In this document: piece after piece, positions 25,243 to 36,029 of the stretch
How the letters are laid out: every line of letters begins with the position of its first letter
Position numbering within the stretch: position 1 is the first letter of the stretch
Origin: a virus
Taxonomy: Duplodnaviria; Caudoviricetes
Virus record (IMG/VR): IMGVR_UViG_3300022562_000250
Span: 1 to 47,613 of that record
DNA: 47,613 nt
Strand: one strand, 5' to 3'
The notes under the pieces: generated by a model
Databases searched by the model: none
What the model was told of the DNA's origin: nothing
The model's input: only the letters and a program-made list of their open reading frames with translations
Translations under genes and position numbers: made by a program

Positions 25243-25832
25243 CAGAATTTTCCCTTTACCAGCGCCTTGAAGAAACTCCATCTGGAGGCGGGCGCCGGCG
25301 CCTCCGAAGCTGCTATTAGCATTGCAGTCGCATCATGGGTTACAGCGGTAAGACGGTTTTTCCATCCGTTCTTATTCGCCTCCCAATTGCGTAAGTGCTT
25401 GAGGTAATCAAGGCGCTCCAGCATATAAGAAATAAGCAACGCCTTGGGCTCAATTACATTCCGTGCTGCGGCCAGAGTCTTCGGACCAATCTTCCCGTCC
25501 TGTGGAACGTTGAGTACCTTCTGCAACTTTTTGGCCGCTCGCCCTGGCCCAGAGTTAACCGCGAAGTCGAACACCGCATAATCAATTCCAGCGGGAAGAT
25601 CATCCCCCATCACCTCATCCCAATAATGGCGCTTGTAAATCGTTCGCACCTGCGAGCGGGTGATTGCCTTGAGGTCGGCTTTGGTTGCTCCCGGCTTAAT
25701 ATAGCGCCGGAAGGTCGATAGCGTGATGCCCTGCATCGTGGCACCACCTGGGTCATCCTTAATAGGTCGGTCGGACCAGCCACCCTCAGACCCAAGTAAG
25801 TGCGCCAGTGATTGTTCAAAGTTACTATGCAT
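25242..25832 (-). CDS. Endolysin, glycoside hydrolase family 108 with peptidoglycan-binding domain
   Basis: SEGGW, DPGGATMQGIT, VFDFAVNSG, DGKIGPKTL, GWKNR. Confidence 0.9.
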   Translation of the reverse strand: MHSNFEQSLAHLLGSEGGWSDRPIKDDPGGATMQGITLSTFRRYIKPGATKADLKAITRSQVRTIYKRHYWDEVMGDDLPAGIDYAVFDFAVNSGPGRAAKKLQKVLNVPQDGKIGPKTLAAARNVIEPKALLISYMLERLDYLKHLRNWEANKNGWKNRLTAVTHDATAMLIAASEAPAPASRWSFFKALVKGKF

Positions 25833-26052
25833 TGGCTGGTCCATTATCTCCATCAAACGCTTTAATGGCCTGCGGTGGAAGAGCCTTCAGCCTCGCGTGG
25901 ATTTGACGGCCGTGCTCCACTGTGTCATTTTCATCAGCTGTGAATGGTATCCAGCCATGATCAGGGTGGAGTATTTCACAGTCAATTCCACCAGAACTAT
26001 TATATTTGGGCCTGCGAAATTGTATATTCTGTCCGTTGATTGGGTTTGGCAT
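25825..26052 (-). CDS. Tail fibre assembly/accessory protein, 75 aa
   Basis: IDCEI.HP..GWIPFTA..ND...HG motif; TAATG coupling to the fibre gene. Confidence 0.7.
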   Translation of the reverse strand: MPNPINGQNIQFRRPKYNSSGGIDCEILHPDHGWIPFTADENDTVEHGRQIHARLKALPPQAIKAFDGDNGPANA

Positions 26053-27650
26053 TATGCTATCCTCACCATATATCCGTGTGTTGTTGAGCCGGGATACGCT
26101 CTTAATGTGATCCCACTTACATTCCTCCAAGTGCCTGCTTGTTGACCGCCACCGCCAATTGGACTACCACTATCAAGGGCAAAACCTACACCCGAAAGAA
26201 CTGACGAACCAGCTACAGTGCCACCATTCCCAACTGCCGTGGCACTTATATAGTACATCCAACCCCAAAAATTAACAGGGAATGTACTACTAGTAGGCGG
26301 CGACAATAAATTTGCGTCAACATAACTCTTTACAACGTATTCTGATGGGACTGTAGTTGTACCCGTACTCAACGCCGCACTTGGTTTGAAGGTAAGTTCC
26401 GCCGCTGTATCCGCCGCGGTGTAATATGGAATTTTATTTGCTGCCGACCCGGTGCCGGCGAGCGCCGCTAGTGTGGCGTCATATGCTTGTACACTCACTC
26501 CGATGTCATCCGCGAGGATCACCGCAACACCGTCAACTGTGATAGCGCCGGCGCCACTTCGGGCAATCGCTGTATCAGCGTTGCTTACGTTGAAGCCATC
26601 CAACGTTTTATTTGTAAGCGTCTGCGCCGCGGTAAGACCAACCAACTGTTCTGCCACACTCGCTGGATCATAAGTGGCCTCAAGCATATCACCACTACCG
26701 GCACCGGCTGCTCCGGTATCACCTGCTCGTAGGAAGATAAGCACAACGTCATCCGCGTCGGTAAGCGCACCAGAGCCGGAAACATAGTTTATCGTCACCT
26801 TACGATAGCCTGTTCCATCCACCACAGTCCCGGTTATTGCAAAGATATAATGAATAGTCGGGTCTGCTACATCACGGACAATTAACTGTCCTTTGTCTGT
26901 CGCGCTCGCGTCATCCCAGGTATCAAGGTAAGCCGAGACATCCAACCCTTCATTATCACTATTATCAATGTAAGCGAGTGTGGCGGAGGCGAGGCTCGCG
27001 TTATTAAACCGCACCTTACCCGCGCCAGGGTCTGCATCTGTCGTGGTACTATCGTATGTAAATGACAGCCCGGCGTTGCTTGCTTGTGCGTTACCGGCAT
27101 TAGCCGCGTACCCCTGTGCGGCCGTTTCACTTGCTGCCGCTGCCGCCGCACTAGCCGCCGCTGCCGTTCCAGCCGCTTGCGCCGAGCCAATATCATCTCC
27201 ATCAAAGCCCTCGACAAAGTTGCCGTCAGCATCAACTATAATCGTTTTACCCTCAGCAACACCGCCAATCAGCTTCGGAGTGGCATTAACATAGTCCCCC
27301 TGAATTGAGTAAGCCATTCTCGTTTGAAGTTCCTGCACCGTGCGGGCAAGCAAGTCAAGCTGATTGACCAACGCCTCAAGGTTGATTGAGTTGTTCGCTC
27401 GACTATAATCCACCGTCTGCGTTGTTTCACCTGCCCCAAGCATAACAATGGAGGCGGAACTCGCTGGAGCGGTATTAAACGTTACCGTCTGTAAGTCAAT
27501 GTCAACTGTGTAATCGGCCTGATCAATCTCGATCCCGTCGACGAGGACGAGTATAAAGGTTTCATCAGACAAATCAAAGTCGAAGTCAAAGGCTACAGTA
27601 GTGCCATCACCAACCGCCGTCGACAGCCGATCATTAAGGGAAGTGGTCAT
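26052..27650 (-). CDS. Tail fibre protein
   Basis: T7 gp17-like N-terminal anchor (GDGTTVAFDFDF...LD.L....QE), Ala-rich linker, mosaic beta-rich distal domains. Confidence 0.85.
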   Translation of the reverse strand: MTTSLNDRLSTAVGDGTTVAFDFDFDLSDETFILVLVDGIEIDQADYTVDIDLQTVTFNTAPASSASIVMLGAGETTQTVDYSRANNSINLEALVNQLDLLARTVQELQTRMAYSIQGDYVNATPKLIGGVAEGKTIIVDADGNFVEGFDGDDIGSAQAAGTAAAASAAAAAASETAAQGYAANAGNAQASNAGLSFTYDSTTTDADPGAGKVRFNNASLASATLAYIDNSDNEGLDVSAYLDTWDDASATDKGQLIVRDVADPTIHYIFAITGTVVDGTGYRKVTINYVSGSGALTDADDVVLIFLRAGDTGAAGAGSGDMLEATYDPASVAEQLVGLTAAQTLTNKTLDGFNVSNADTAIARSGAGAITVDGVAVILADDIGVSVQAYDATLAALAGTGSAANKIPYYTAADTAAELTFKPSAALSTGTTTVPSEYVVKSYVDANLLSPPTSSTFPVNFWGWMYYISATAVGNGGTVAGSSVLSGVGFALDSGSPIGGGGQQAGTWRNVSGITLRAYPGSTTHGYMVRIA

Positions 27651-30600
27651 TGGTTCGTCCTCTTTTCAGGAAGATGTTCAGCAATTGCGCCCTCGACCAA
27701 ATCGAAAATACGGCGAAGGTAGAAGATGTTCTGCAACGGCGTAAGAAGCCTCAATTGATGCAGGGTCGATCGCGTGGGTGAGTCCAGCCCAAGCAACACA
27801 TTCGAGGCGGTTGTCGCCAAATCATAGCTCGGCCCGAGCGCCGCCTCAACAAGACTTTCCCCCGCACGCTGTGTAGTACGCTGCCCACTGAAGTTAACAA
27901 ACGGAGCCACAGCGGGAATGCGTTCACCTACTCGCTGTATTTCACCGAACGCCCCTGTAAGCCCACTGCGGGCCAGGGCCTCATCCATCCATTTACTTAG
28001 TGGCGCGTTCAACATATCCTCGTATGGCTTTCCACCAACCAATGTGGCCCAAGTATAATACGAAAGCGCGCCCAATGCAAGTGACAGAGCCATACCTTGG
28101 AATAGTTCTGCATCCCGGCGCTGCAGTCCCGCGCCGATTACCTTCGACGTGGAAGAAAGGCTGAATGATTTGAATTGAAACAGCATCTTCGTGCCGATTG
28201 AAGAGTTGGCTGTAAGTGGTATTTCCAACCCCGGCGTTATAACTGCGTCCTGATTGAACTGTGCCAGTGCTGCGCGGAAGGTCCGCTTCGCCTCTTCATC
28301 AACCCAATTCTCGGTGTTGGGTAGCCAAATCCCGTTAACCTTCTGCCCGCCGCCATTCTGTACCTCGTCCCACACACGGCGAGCAAGGTGTTCGTCAAAC
28401 CCGCCGTTGGCAAGGTGAGTAACCGCCTCTTGCAATTCCTTCGCAGTCCCGCCGCCATTAACCACGAGGTCGATCGAGTCCATCAACTTCGCTATATCGA
28501 GGATGCCGGCCCACTGCTTCATCGCCCCTGTCCAATAATCAAACAGTGCGATTTGCCCGATCTTAGCCGAGGCGGTGTGCAAGGCGCGCTCCGGTGCTGA
28601 GTGCCCCACATTGTCATCCATGAGCTCCGCAAAGCTTAGCGCCCTCGAATGGGTGTAAGGGTCAAGGGCTGCGCCAGCGAGTTTAACTTCTCTTGCGGCC
28701 AATTTCAAATTCTTCAAATCCTCAGTGAAGGCTTTGAAGGGCACCGCCATTGTTCGAGTCAATCCGTGCTTCATAGTGATAATCGCCGGATCGGAGAACG
28801 ACGATACAAGTACTGTTCCCATAAAGCGCAGGGTGTTGAGGCTCAGCATTGCCTTACCCGCCCGCGCTGCAAACCCGTTCGGATTGTCTGGAATTCCCCA
28901 AGTGTGTCGGACGCGCATAACGAGTGCTTCAAGCGTGCGCAGGTATCCGTCGTAGCGTTTCTTGAACGCAAGCAACTCACTTTCACTCGCGCCGTCTTTA
29001 ATCATCTGATCGCGCTTGGCTTGATACTCTTCCCTGATTTCAGTGAACCGCGTCTTAAGGTTCACGTCTCCGAACTTCCTCTTGAGCTCAATGTCCCCCG
29101 ACATCTGACGAATGTAATTGCGGGTAACGCGCTCCGCGTCAGTTACCAAATACGGGTTGAGTTTGCTCTGCGGAATTTGTAACGTCCGCTGCAATTCGGG
29201 CCCGCGCTCTTCCCCGATCATATGCAAGCCGGTAATGCGCCCATCGAGTTTTTCAATCTTCGCGCTAGTATTAAGCGCCATGTCATGAGCCGCCCGCTCA
29301 ATAAGTTGAGTTCCCTGCTCAGGGGTGTAGTCACTCAAACCAAGTTGGCGGAAGCGTTCGTTGGTCGCAATCTCCCTTGCGGTTTGTTTATCCTTTGCTT
29401 TCTTAATCCACTCTTCCACCACCTTAGGATCAAGCTTCTTCGCCCGCTCCTCAAGTTTCGCAATCCGCTTGCCTCTCGCCAGGTTGATCTGATTGACCAT
29501 CCCATTGGCTTCTTCTTGGAGGTCTTGAAGAATTTCCAGCATCACGTCCCGGTTTGCCTGGAGATCATCAATGTTACTAGCGCGATCTTGTAGGTTGGCA
29601 ATCCTTGCGCGTTGGCGCTCCATCGTAGCCACGCGGGAGTCCATATAAACTTTCGCCAACTCATCTTCATTATCGAGCTTAAGCTTTGCAATCCGCTCCA
29701 TATGGCGATCGAGGGAATTGGTTGCATTCAACAACTGATTGAATAGCTTATCTGACTTCTCCTTGAGCATCTTCGCATCGAGTTTATTAATATCGAGTTG
29801 AAGGCGCTTACCGCGTTTAAGGACTCCATTCAAGGAAAGTAAGGCTGAATTCTCTGTTGCCGCTATACGATCAAGAACCTTCGCGCGCTTTTCCTCAATA
29901 GCCCACGCGGAACGACCGAGGGTCCTAAGTCGGGCTCCGAGTCTCTTCTTCTTTTCCAGCGTCGCAGCAGCGCCTTGTTGTAGTGTCTTGATCGTCGCTT
30001 TAGCTTGGTCCACTCGCTCCTCTGCAGCTTGGCGGTTTTCGAAGCCACGAATTTCCTTCTGACGGAGTTGCCGTTGAAGCTGTCGTTTCTCTCGGTTGAG
30101 TGCTTTGATTTGTACCTCCGCATCACTCTCACCTAAATCCTCTAATTCTCTTTGTAAGTCCTCACGCAGCGCTTTCGCCTGTTCTTGTTCGAGGGCTAAA
30201 TCATCCAAATATTGCTGCAATACCTTTCGTTGACCTTGAATACGCTCGGTCGTTTTATTCACTTGCTCTTGTAATTGCTGCGCGAAATGGTTACGCAGCA
30301 CGCTAAGGAACCCTGCAGGGTCTTTTGCGATCTTAGTCCCATCATACATGCGGGAGAAGTAACTTGGGTCAAATATCTCAACGTCACGGTCGATCAGTCC
30401 AACTTGCTTCGCCTGATCAAAGATCGGATCGTACACCTCCTTACGAAGGATTGCGGCAGCCTTTCGCACTTGCTCCACTGGATGCAACCCGCCATTACCA
30501 AGGGCCTCGCCGACCGCTGCATTGAACTCAGGCTTCGACATATGCTCGCCGGTAAAGCGAAAGACCGAGGCGAGTGTCGCCCGCGTAGCTGGGAATGGAG

Positions 30601-32110
30601 GTTGAGTTCGGCCGTTATAGAAGTAGTCGGCGTAGTGCTCGTCCATAGTCTTTGTCAGCGCATACACATACCAATCATAAGTCTGTTGATTAGCGTGGAC
30701 TGTACCGCCTTGCGAAGTTGGAACGAACCTTGCATTTTCAGAGTGGCGCAGTCCGCCGGTGCTGAGATCATTCGCCGTGTCTCGCACCGTTTGCAATTCC
30801 CCTTGCACTGCTAGTCTCGCTGGTGGGTTTATCTTCGCCAGTATATTAACCCCCGGCCCAGGCGCCAAGCCACCCGCTGATCCGGGGCGAGCAACTTGGG
30901 CGCCTCCAGCCGCTGCTTGAGCTGCCGACGCTCCAGCGGAATTCGGGGAACCGCGAGCGTCCTCAAGCACACTGGCCTCGACACCGGGAGATGCCGAGGG
31001 GGGTACAGCTAGTGGGCCTTCCTGAACGATACCGTTGTCAGGCTTGGGTAAGGCCACCAGCTCTCCGCCCTGTTTCCCCTCATAACGCACAGCGTCATAC
31101 CCGAGATCACGTGCGGCGACAAGCACCTTCTCTCGGGGAGTATTCAGGGCGAGATCAAGTTTACTTTTTATCTCCTTCCAATTGTTAGCCTCCAACACAT
31201 TGTTAAACTGCAGGTGTTCAAATTCAGCCGTCGCATACTTATTTGGCGCCGTGAAGGTTTCACCAGTATTGGCGTCATGCAATACTCTATACACCGTGCC
31301 GCCGGGGGAACTATCAGTCTCCAGCGATCGCGCTACCGTCCAGGCCTTGGGTGAAGGCACCTCTCCCGCCACATCACGCACCACCACTTCATCGCCGTAA
31401 CGTTTAAGCTCGATAGAACCTTCATGAGGGGCGGGTATGGCTTCTGCATTTTTTGCAGCGGCCATATCATTCTCCAATGCTTGCCGCAGGTCTTTAAAAT
31501 TACGAAGAACACTCTCTGCCGGCAGCTCCTTCATCAATTGTGCAGCACCGCCCATCACACCACCTAGTATAGCGCCGGCTCCCAGAGCGAAGAACATGTT
31601 GGCTTTGTCCCGCTCTGGTTGCGCGGCTTGGAGCACCGCTTCGTCAATACCGGCCCCGGCTGCACCGAGACCAGCGGCGATAATTATTCCCTGAATTCCC
31701 CTTACTGGAGTAGCGATGGGGAGTAAGACTGTCGGCGACAACAACCCCGCTGTCATAGCGGCGATTTGTCCGCCCGCTCCAGCAGCCGCAAGTACACGTT
31801 GAGCCCTTTCCCTTTGATCAAGCTGCCCCGCAACATAGTCCCACTCAGCTTTTGAACCAACCCCAATAAATGCGTCCCGCTGATTTTCCCAATATGGAGA
31901 ATTGCGGGTGGCATTAAGCACATCAAACGAAGGATCGACAGGGAAGCGCGGCTTGGAGTACCATTGCCATGCAGCGTACACGCTGTTCTCAAGCTGCATC
32001 GCCGCCTGACCAACAAGCGGATCGCCGGGCTGCGGTTTATATTCGCCAGCATCTCCCGAAGTGTGAAGGAGGTCAGGGAAGGTTGAGTTATCGTTTGGTA
32101 CTAGAGGCAT
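27647..32110 (-). CDS. Large internal virion/ejection protein (T7 gp16 analogue), 1487 aa
   Basis: Size and position after the gp14/gp15-like genes; helical; C-terminal LFQFKSF and hydrophobic segments. Confidence 0.8.
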   Translation of the reverse strand: MPLVPNDNSTFPDLLHTSGDAGEYKPQPGDPLVGQAAMQLENSVYAAWQWYSKPRFPVDPSFDVLNATRNSPYWENQRDAFIGVGSKAEWDYVAGQLDQRERAQRVLAAAGAGGQIAAMTAGLLSPTVLLPIATPVRGIQGIIIAAGLGAAGAGIDEAVLQAAQPERDKANMFFALGAGAILGGVMGGAAQLMKELPAESVLRNFKDLRQALENDMAAAKNAEAIPAPHEGSIELKRYGDEVVVRDVAGEVPSPKAWTVARSLETDSSPGGTVYRVLHDANTGETFTAPNKYATAEFEHLQFNNVLEANNWKEIKSKLDLALNTPREKVLVAARDLGYDAVRYEGKQGGELVALPKPDNGIVQEGPLAVPPSASPGVEASVLEDARGSPNSAGASAAQAAAGGAQVARPGSAGGLAPGPGVNILAKINPPARLAVQGELQTVRDTANDLSTGGLRHSENARFVPTSQGGTVHANQQTYDWYVYALTKTMDEHYADYFYNGRTQPPFPATRATLASVFRFTGEHMSKPEFNAAVGEALGNGGLHPVEQVRKAAAILRKEVYDPIFDQAKQVGLIDRDVEIFDPSYFSRMYDGTKIAKDPAGFLSVLRNHFAQQLQEQVNKTTERIQGQRKVLQQYLDDLALEQEQAKALREDLQRELEDLGESDAEVQIKALNREKRQLQRQLRQKEIRGFENRQAAEERVDQAKATIKTLQQGAAATLEKKKRLGARLRTLGRSAWAIEEKRAKVLDRIAATENSALLSLNGVLKRGKRLQLDINKLDAKMLKEKSDKLFNQLLNATNSLDRHMERIAKLKLDNEDELAKVYMDSRVATMERQRARIANLQDRASNIDDLQANRDVMLEILQDLQEEANGMVNQINLARGKRIAKLEERAKKLDPKVVEEWIKKAKDKQTAREIATNERFRQLGLSDYTPEQGTQLIERAAHDMALNTSAKIEKLDGRITGLHMIGEERGPELQRTLQIPQSKLNPYLVTDAERVTRNYIRQMSGDIELKRKFGDVNLKTRFTEIREEYQAKRDQMIKDGASESELLAFKKRYDGYLRTLEALVMRVRHTWGIPDNPNGFAARAGKAMLSLNTLRFMGTVLVSSFSDPAIITMKHGLTRTMAVPFKAFTEDLKNLKLAAREVKLAGAALDPYTHSRALSFAELMDDNVGHSAPERALHTASAKIGQIALFDYWTGAMKQWAGILDIAKLMDSIDLVVNGGGTAKELQEAVTHLANGGFDEHLARRVWDEVQNGGGQKVNGIWLPNTENWVDEEAKRTFRAALAQFNQDAVITPGLEIPLTANSSIGTKMLFQFKSFSLSSTSKVIGAGLQRRDAELFQGMALSLALGALSYYTWATLVGGKPYEDMLNAPLSKWMDEALARSGLTGAFGEIQRVGERIPAVAPFVNFSGQRTTQRAGESLVEAALGPSYDLATTASNVLLGLDSPTRSTLHQLRLLTPLQNIFYLRRIFDLVEGAIAEHLPEKRTNQ

Positions 32111-35088
32111 TATCTTGTTTCTCCACTAGCCGCGCCACCTTCATTCGACCGACGTTTCGCCGCTGCCACCGCTTGTTTCTCCGTTGCGTAACGAGTGAAC
32201 TGTTTCCCACTCCGCTGCTCATACAACAATGCCAGGCCGATGATATTGTGATCGTCAGTCGGATCGAACTGCACCGGCCCTTGCGGACTCATCCACAGTG
32301 ACGGAATATTGACCCAAACAGTCGTGCCTTGGGACTCAATCTTCTGCGTCGTGGTTAGTTCGGTCGATTGTGTTCCATCAGCATTGTTAAGTTGTTCACC
32401 CGCCTTAAACGGCCGGAGGTCGGTAAATGAACCAGTGTATTCCTGCGACGGAATAGCCCGCGAGTAATTGCGATCGGGACTATCTTGAGATTGACCAGGA
32501 CTCCATTGCGGACCCGCCTGTATCCGCGCGAGGGTATTCTTCTGATCCTCAAACTGCTGCTTGATATAGCTTTGTTGCCGTCGCAGTTGATCTTCTTTCA
32601 GTTGATTTCGATATGCGTTATTCTCCGGCGTATCCGGCGCGGAGGAAAGCCGCCCAAGCATCTGACGATCATGTTGTGCCTGCCACTTATTCGCATCAGC
32701 CTCAAGTGTTGCTTGATCCGGCTTGAACCAAATCCGCTGCGGCATAATCCGTTGCACCCCATCTTCGCCCATAGTGTATACAAGGTAAGTAGGCCAGGTG
32801 AAATTATCCGTCTTACCCGCCGCCCGCTCTTGCCCGAACTGATTGATCTCATGCTGAGTGCGATCGTCGGCAATCAATTGGAATTGTTGCCCAGGCTTAA
32901 TATCAGGCATCTCGCGATAAACCGCCTGATCAATCCACTTCCAGTTCCCATTGTACGCTTTGTAGCCAGCCTTCTCCGGTGACAATCGTGCGACGTGGTT
33001 TTGTCCGCCTATATCCGTCACGCCCCAGATATGTTGGATTTGTTTGTCAGCGAGTTCGCGTGCCTTGTCCTCATTTCCGCCGGTAGCAACCATAGCATCA
33101 ACGAACAGACTTTTATAATCATGATCAAGCGCCACCTTCCCAGCATTGTCGATCGGCGGGGAGGGATCAAAAGTAAAATAACCTCCGAACACACCCATAG
33201 CATCGTCAATCGACAAATTCTTAGTAGCGAAATCTCTTGCGGTGGTGCGTATCTCTTCATTAGCCTGCCTCGTTGCGGCGTCAAGTCCCCTCCCTTGCAA
33301 GTGTTGAATAAGCGCTTCTGTCGAGGGATAATAACTTGCCAGCGTTTTATACGTATCGAGTTGCTGCTTTTGTTTCGGAGAAAAAGTTGTGTCGAAAGCC
33401 TGTGGGTTTGAGACCTGCATCCGCCGCATTAGATCATAAGCAAAAGCAGCCTGTGGTGGCGTGCCAGTATTCATCATCGTTGACATCATCGCCAACTGAT
33501 CTGGCGCTGCCATATTCATTTTTTGCCAGCGGGGGAGAACAACGTTACTTATATAATCGCCGTCCATATTCTGGAAAGCTTCAGGCCCGCCACCCTTATT
33601 GAAAAGTGCGTTAGCTTTCTTATTATCCTCACTATTCCCATTAACCCAGAGTAAGCCGCTATCCAGCTTCTCCAGCCCGTCACGGTAGTCCTTGTTCTCT
33701 TTATCGACTTTGTTGAGTAGCTCCTGTCCTTTAATAATATCACTAAAAGGCATATCCGGATGAGTGTCCCGAAAGCTATTCCAATCAGCCTGTCCCATAT
33801 TACCGTCATTAATTCCGGTAAGAAGGCTGTTATACGCCGTCTCATAGATAGCTTTTTGATTATCCAGTTGCGCACTGTATTCCCTTCCCGCCTCGCGCAT
33901 TGCATCATTGCGGATCGACAGCCGATCCTCATAGCTCAGGTTGGCAAAACTCGGATCGTTATTAAGCGCCGCGTATTCTTGGTACGAGCCTGATCCTGCT
34001 TCAAAGAGCTTCTTAAACTCCTCATCACTAATATTTTTCAGCCCTTCCCACTGCGTAGCAAGCGTCGTGCGGAGGGAGTGCCAATCCCCACGCTGAATGG
34101 CTGAAGTAATATCCTCGCCGGTCTTATCTTTGTAGGTCTTTTGTGCCCAATACCAGTTACCATGATCCTGCGAATAGGGCGAGAAATCACTAAGCCCCAA
34201 CTCCTTTGAGATTATATCCCAGGTGGAGGCAGTGTCTTGATACCGTCCGGCAGCAGTGGATACGTCACCATTCTTAGTCTTTTCGGGAATGCGGGGGTGC
34301 TGGGAAAACCCATTAAAGAGTACGCCACCATCTGGCGTGTAGCGGACATTATACCGATGCCCAGACTCCGGCCCACTGATTGCGTTCAGTATCCCACCAG
34401 CCTGTGGCGGCAAGTCCTTCGCTACTATCCCAGCATCCGGCGTCCGCAACGACCTCGCAGCAATGTCACGGACCTCGGACTTGTAAGTAATCGCCTCCAG
34501 TGCGGCGCTGGCCAGCTTCCTTTGCTTAGCCTTTTCAATCTCCGGCAAGCCGGATGAGTCAATCATATCATTGATATAACTCCGCTCTTGCTCGAGCACC
34601 GCCGGATTTTGATCCAACTCAACCTTGACCTTATTCAGCCGTTCGTTAATTTTATTAGTATAAAACAAATTTTGTTGGTCGAAATTGAATTTGAAGGAGT
34701 CCATGATGACTCCCTGCTTAAACTGATTAGCGCGGAACTCAAACTCCTTTCGCAGGCTTGGGTCAACCTTATTCAGAAACGAACTTTGTTCATTCTGATA
34801 AATTGCTTCAGCTTGCTGAAAATAGTTACTCGCATCCTCCGGAGTGGCAGACTTAAGTTCCTGCATCTTCATGCGAACGTTTGTTTCAAACTCCGAAAAA
34901 TTGTTAAGAGTATCGAAACGACTATTCTGTTGCTGCCGCTGAGACAGCGCCTGAAACGCATCCCCGAAGTTAACTAACGATCGACCGAGTTGAGCGCCAA
35001 ACGCATCCGGTGAATAGTCAACATTGAGGTACGCAAGCGGCTGCGCCGAAGGCCTCGTTCGAGGTGTAAAAGCGTGAGGTACTTTCAT
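32110..35088 (-). CDS. Internal virion protein (gp15 analogue) with lambda-type lysozyme/transglycosylase domain
   Basis: ESG..YNV...F..FSQHP...STAAGRYQ...TW...LSDFSP.SQD motif. Confidence 0.85.
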   Translation of the reverse strand: MKVPHAFTPRTRPSAQPLAYLNVDYSPDAFGAQLGRSLVNFGDAFQALSQRQQQNSRFDTLNNFSEFETNVRMKMQELKSATPEDASNYFQQAEAIYQNEQSSFLNKVDPSLRKEFEFRANQFKQGVIMDSFKFNFDQQNLFYTNKINERLNKVKVELDQNPAVLEQERSYINDMIDSSGLPEIEKAKQRKLASAALEAITYKSEVRDIAARSLRTPDAGIVAKDLPPQAGGILNAISGPESGHRYNVRYTPDGGVLFNGFSQHPRIPEKTKNGDVSTAAGRYQDTASTWDIISKELGLSDFSPYSQDHGNWYWAQKTYKDKTGEDITSAIQRGDWHSLRTTLATQWEGLKNISDEEFKKLFEAGSGSYQEYAALNNDPSFANLSYEDRLSIRNDAMREAGREYSAQLDNQKAIYETAYNSLLTGINDGNMGQADWNSFRDTHPDMPFSDIIKGQELLNKVDKENKDYRDGLEKLDSGLLWVNGNSEDNKKANALFNKGGGPEAFQNMDGDYISNVVLPRWQKMNMAAPDQLAMMSTMMNTGTPPQAAFAYDLMRRMQVSNPQAFDTTFSPKQKQQLDTYKTLASYYPSTEALIQHLQGRGLDAATRQANEEIRTTARDFATKNLSIDDAMGVFGGYFTFDPSPPIDNAGKVALDHDYKSLFVDAMVATGGNEDKARELADKQIQHIWGVTDIGGQNHVARLSPEKAGYKAYNGNWKWIDQAVYREMPDIKPGQQFQLIADDRTQHEINQFGQERAAGKTDNFTWPTYLVYTMGEDGVQRIMPQRIWFKPDQATLEADANKWQAQHDRQMLGRLSSAPDTPENNAYRNQLKEDQLRRQQSYIKQQFEDQKNTLARIQAGPQWSPGQSQDSPDRNYSRAIPSQEYTGSFTDLRPFKAGEQLNNADGTQSTELTTTQKIESQGTTVWVNIPSLWMSPQGPVQFDPTDDHNIIGLALLYEQRSGKQFTRYATEKQAVAAAKRRSNEGGAASGETR

Positions 35089-35097
35089 TTGTTATCC

Positions 35098-35634
35098 TCA
35101 ATAAGCTATTGATGCTGGCCTTGGCACCGGAACAGGGGCGTAAGTGTAATCATAATTCCGTGGTGATGTAGCGCGGGCGTTGGTAATAACCGAGCCGGCA
35201 TTGAGAAACCCACCGAGCAGGCTGAATGTCGCCGCCTGCCTCTTATTCTTTGCCGCCGCTTCGTAATTAACTTTTTGAGTCTTGTACCCGTACGCCTCGA
35301 GCTCCCCTGCCTGTCTGACATTAAGGGCATCAAGTCGCCCGAGTTCCCTTGCAGCAATTCGAGTTTTTACCGGCGATCCACGCTCGACTGAAACACCGGA
35401 GCCAGCCTGTGCCGCAAGCTGCGCCCCATACATCGCGCGAGTTTGAACGTCCTGTTGCTGCTGTTCAACTTGCGACCGCTGGATTGCTCGCTTGGCGTTA
35501 TCATCAGCTATTTGAGCATTCATTTCATCAATAGCAGCACTATTGCGCGCCGCCTGATACTGCGCCACTCCACCAACAACAGCGCCGATTGCTGATACAG
35601 CTGTACCGATTGCAACTAATGCTGTTACGCCCAT
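35098..35634 (-). CDS. Small internal virion protein (gp14 analogue)
   Basis: Hydrophobic Ala/Gly N-terminus, G.Q.A..AGSGV....GS motif. Confidence 0.8.
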   Translation of the reverse strand: MGVTALVAIGTAVSAIGAVVGGVAQYQAARNSAAIDEMNAQIADDNAKRAIQRSQVEQQQQDVQTRAMYGAQLAAQAGSGVSVERGSPVKTRIAARELGRLDALNVRQAGELEAYGYKTQKVNYEAAAKNKRQAATFSLLGGFLNAGSVITNARATSPRNYDYTYAPVPVPRPASIAY

Positions 35635-36029
35635 TCGAACAACTCCTCATTCTCAGCCCAGTCACCAAGCGATCGCGCGCCTGCGTGTTTCACCACTCTT
35701 ATAGCAGCTGGGTTAGTCTTATCTACAATCGCCCGCAAGTGGGGCGTGTGTTCCCGCAACTTCGTAAACAACGCTTTCATCCCTAACCAATCCCCAGGGT
35801 GCATTGTGTCATAAGGGACGAACCAAATGAAGCGCAGCCCGGTGACGACATTCTGCAGGTAAGTACCAAACACCATTACGTTTGTACCATCCATCCGCTG
35901 AATGAGGAAAGTGGCTTCAGCGTTTTCAATCAAATCAAACGCCTCGGATTTGAACTTCTTTAGTCCTTCTTGCGGCGCATCCCACAGCGAGGGTATCCGC
36001 TTCCATGTCATAGCCCTAGAGGATTTCAT
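35625..36029 (-). CDS. GNAT-fold-like protein (T7 gp13 position)
   Basis: VDKTNPAAIRVVKHAGA resembles the GNAT N..A.R....G motif; synteny. Confidence 0.55.
   Translation of the reverse strand: MKSSRAMTWKRIPSLWDAPQEGLKKFKSEAFDLIENAEATFLIQRMDGTNVMVFGTYLQNVVTGLRFIWFVPYDTMHPGDWLGMKALFTKLREHTPHLRAIVDKTNPAAIRVVKHAGARSLGDWAENEELFEWA

Noticed and set aside
25825-27650. Diversity-generating retroelement, suggested by the BPP-1-like head genes
   Set aside because: No reverse transcriptase ORF and no template/variable repeat pair near the tail fibre.
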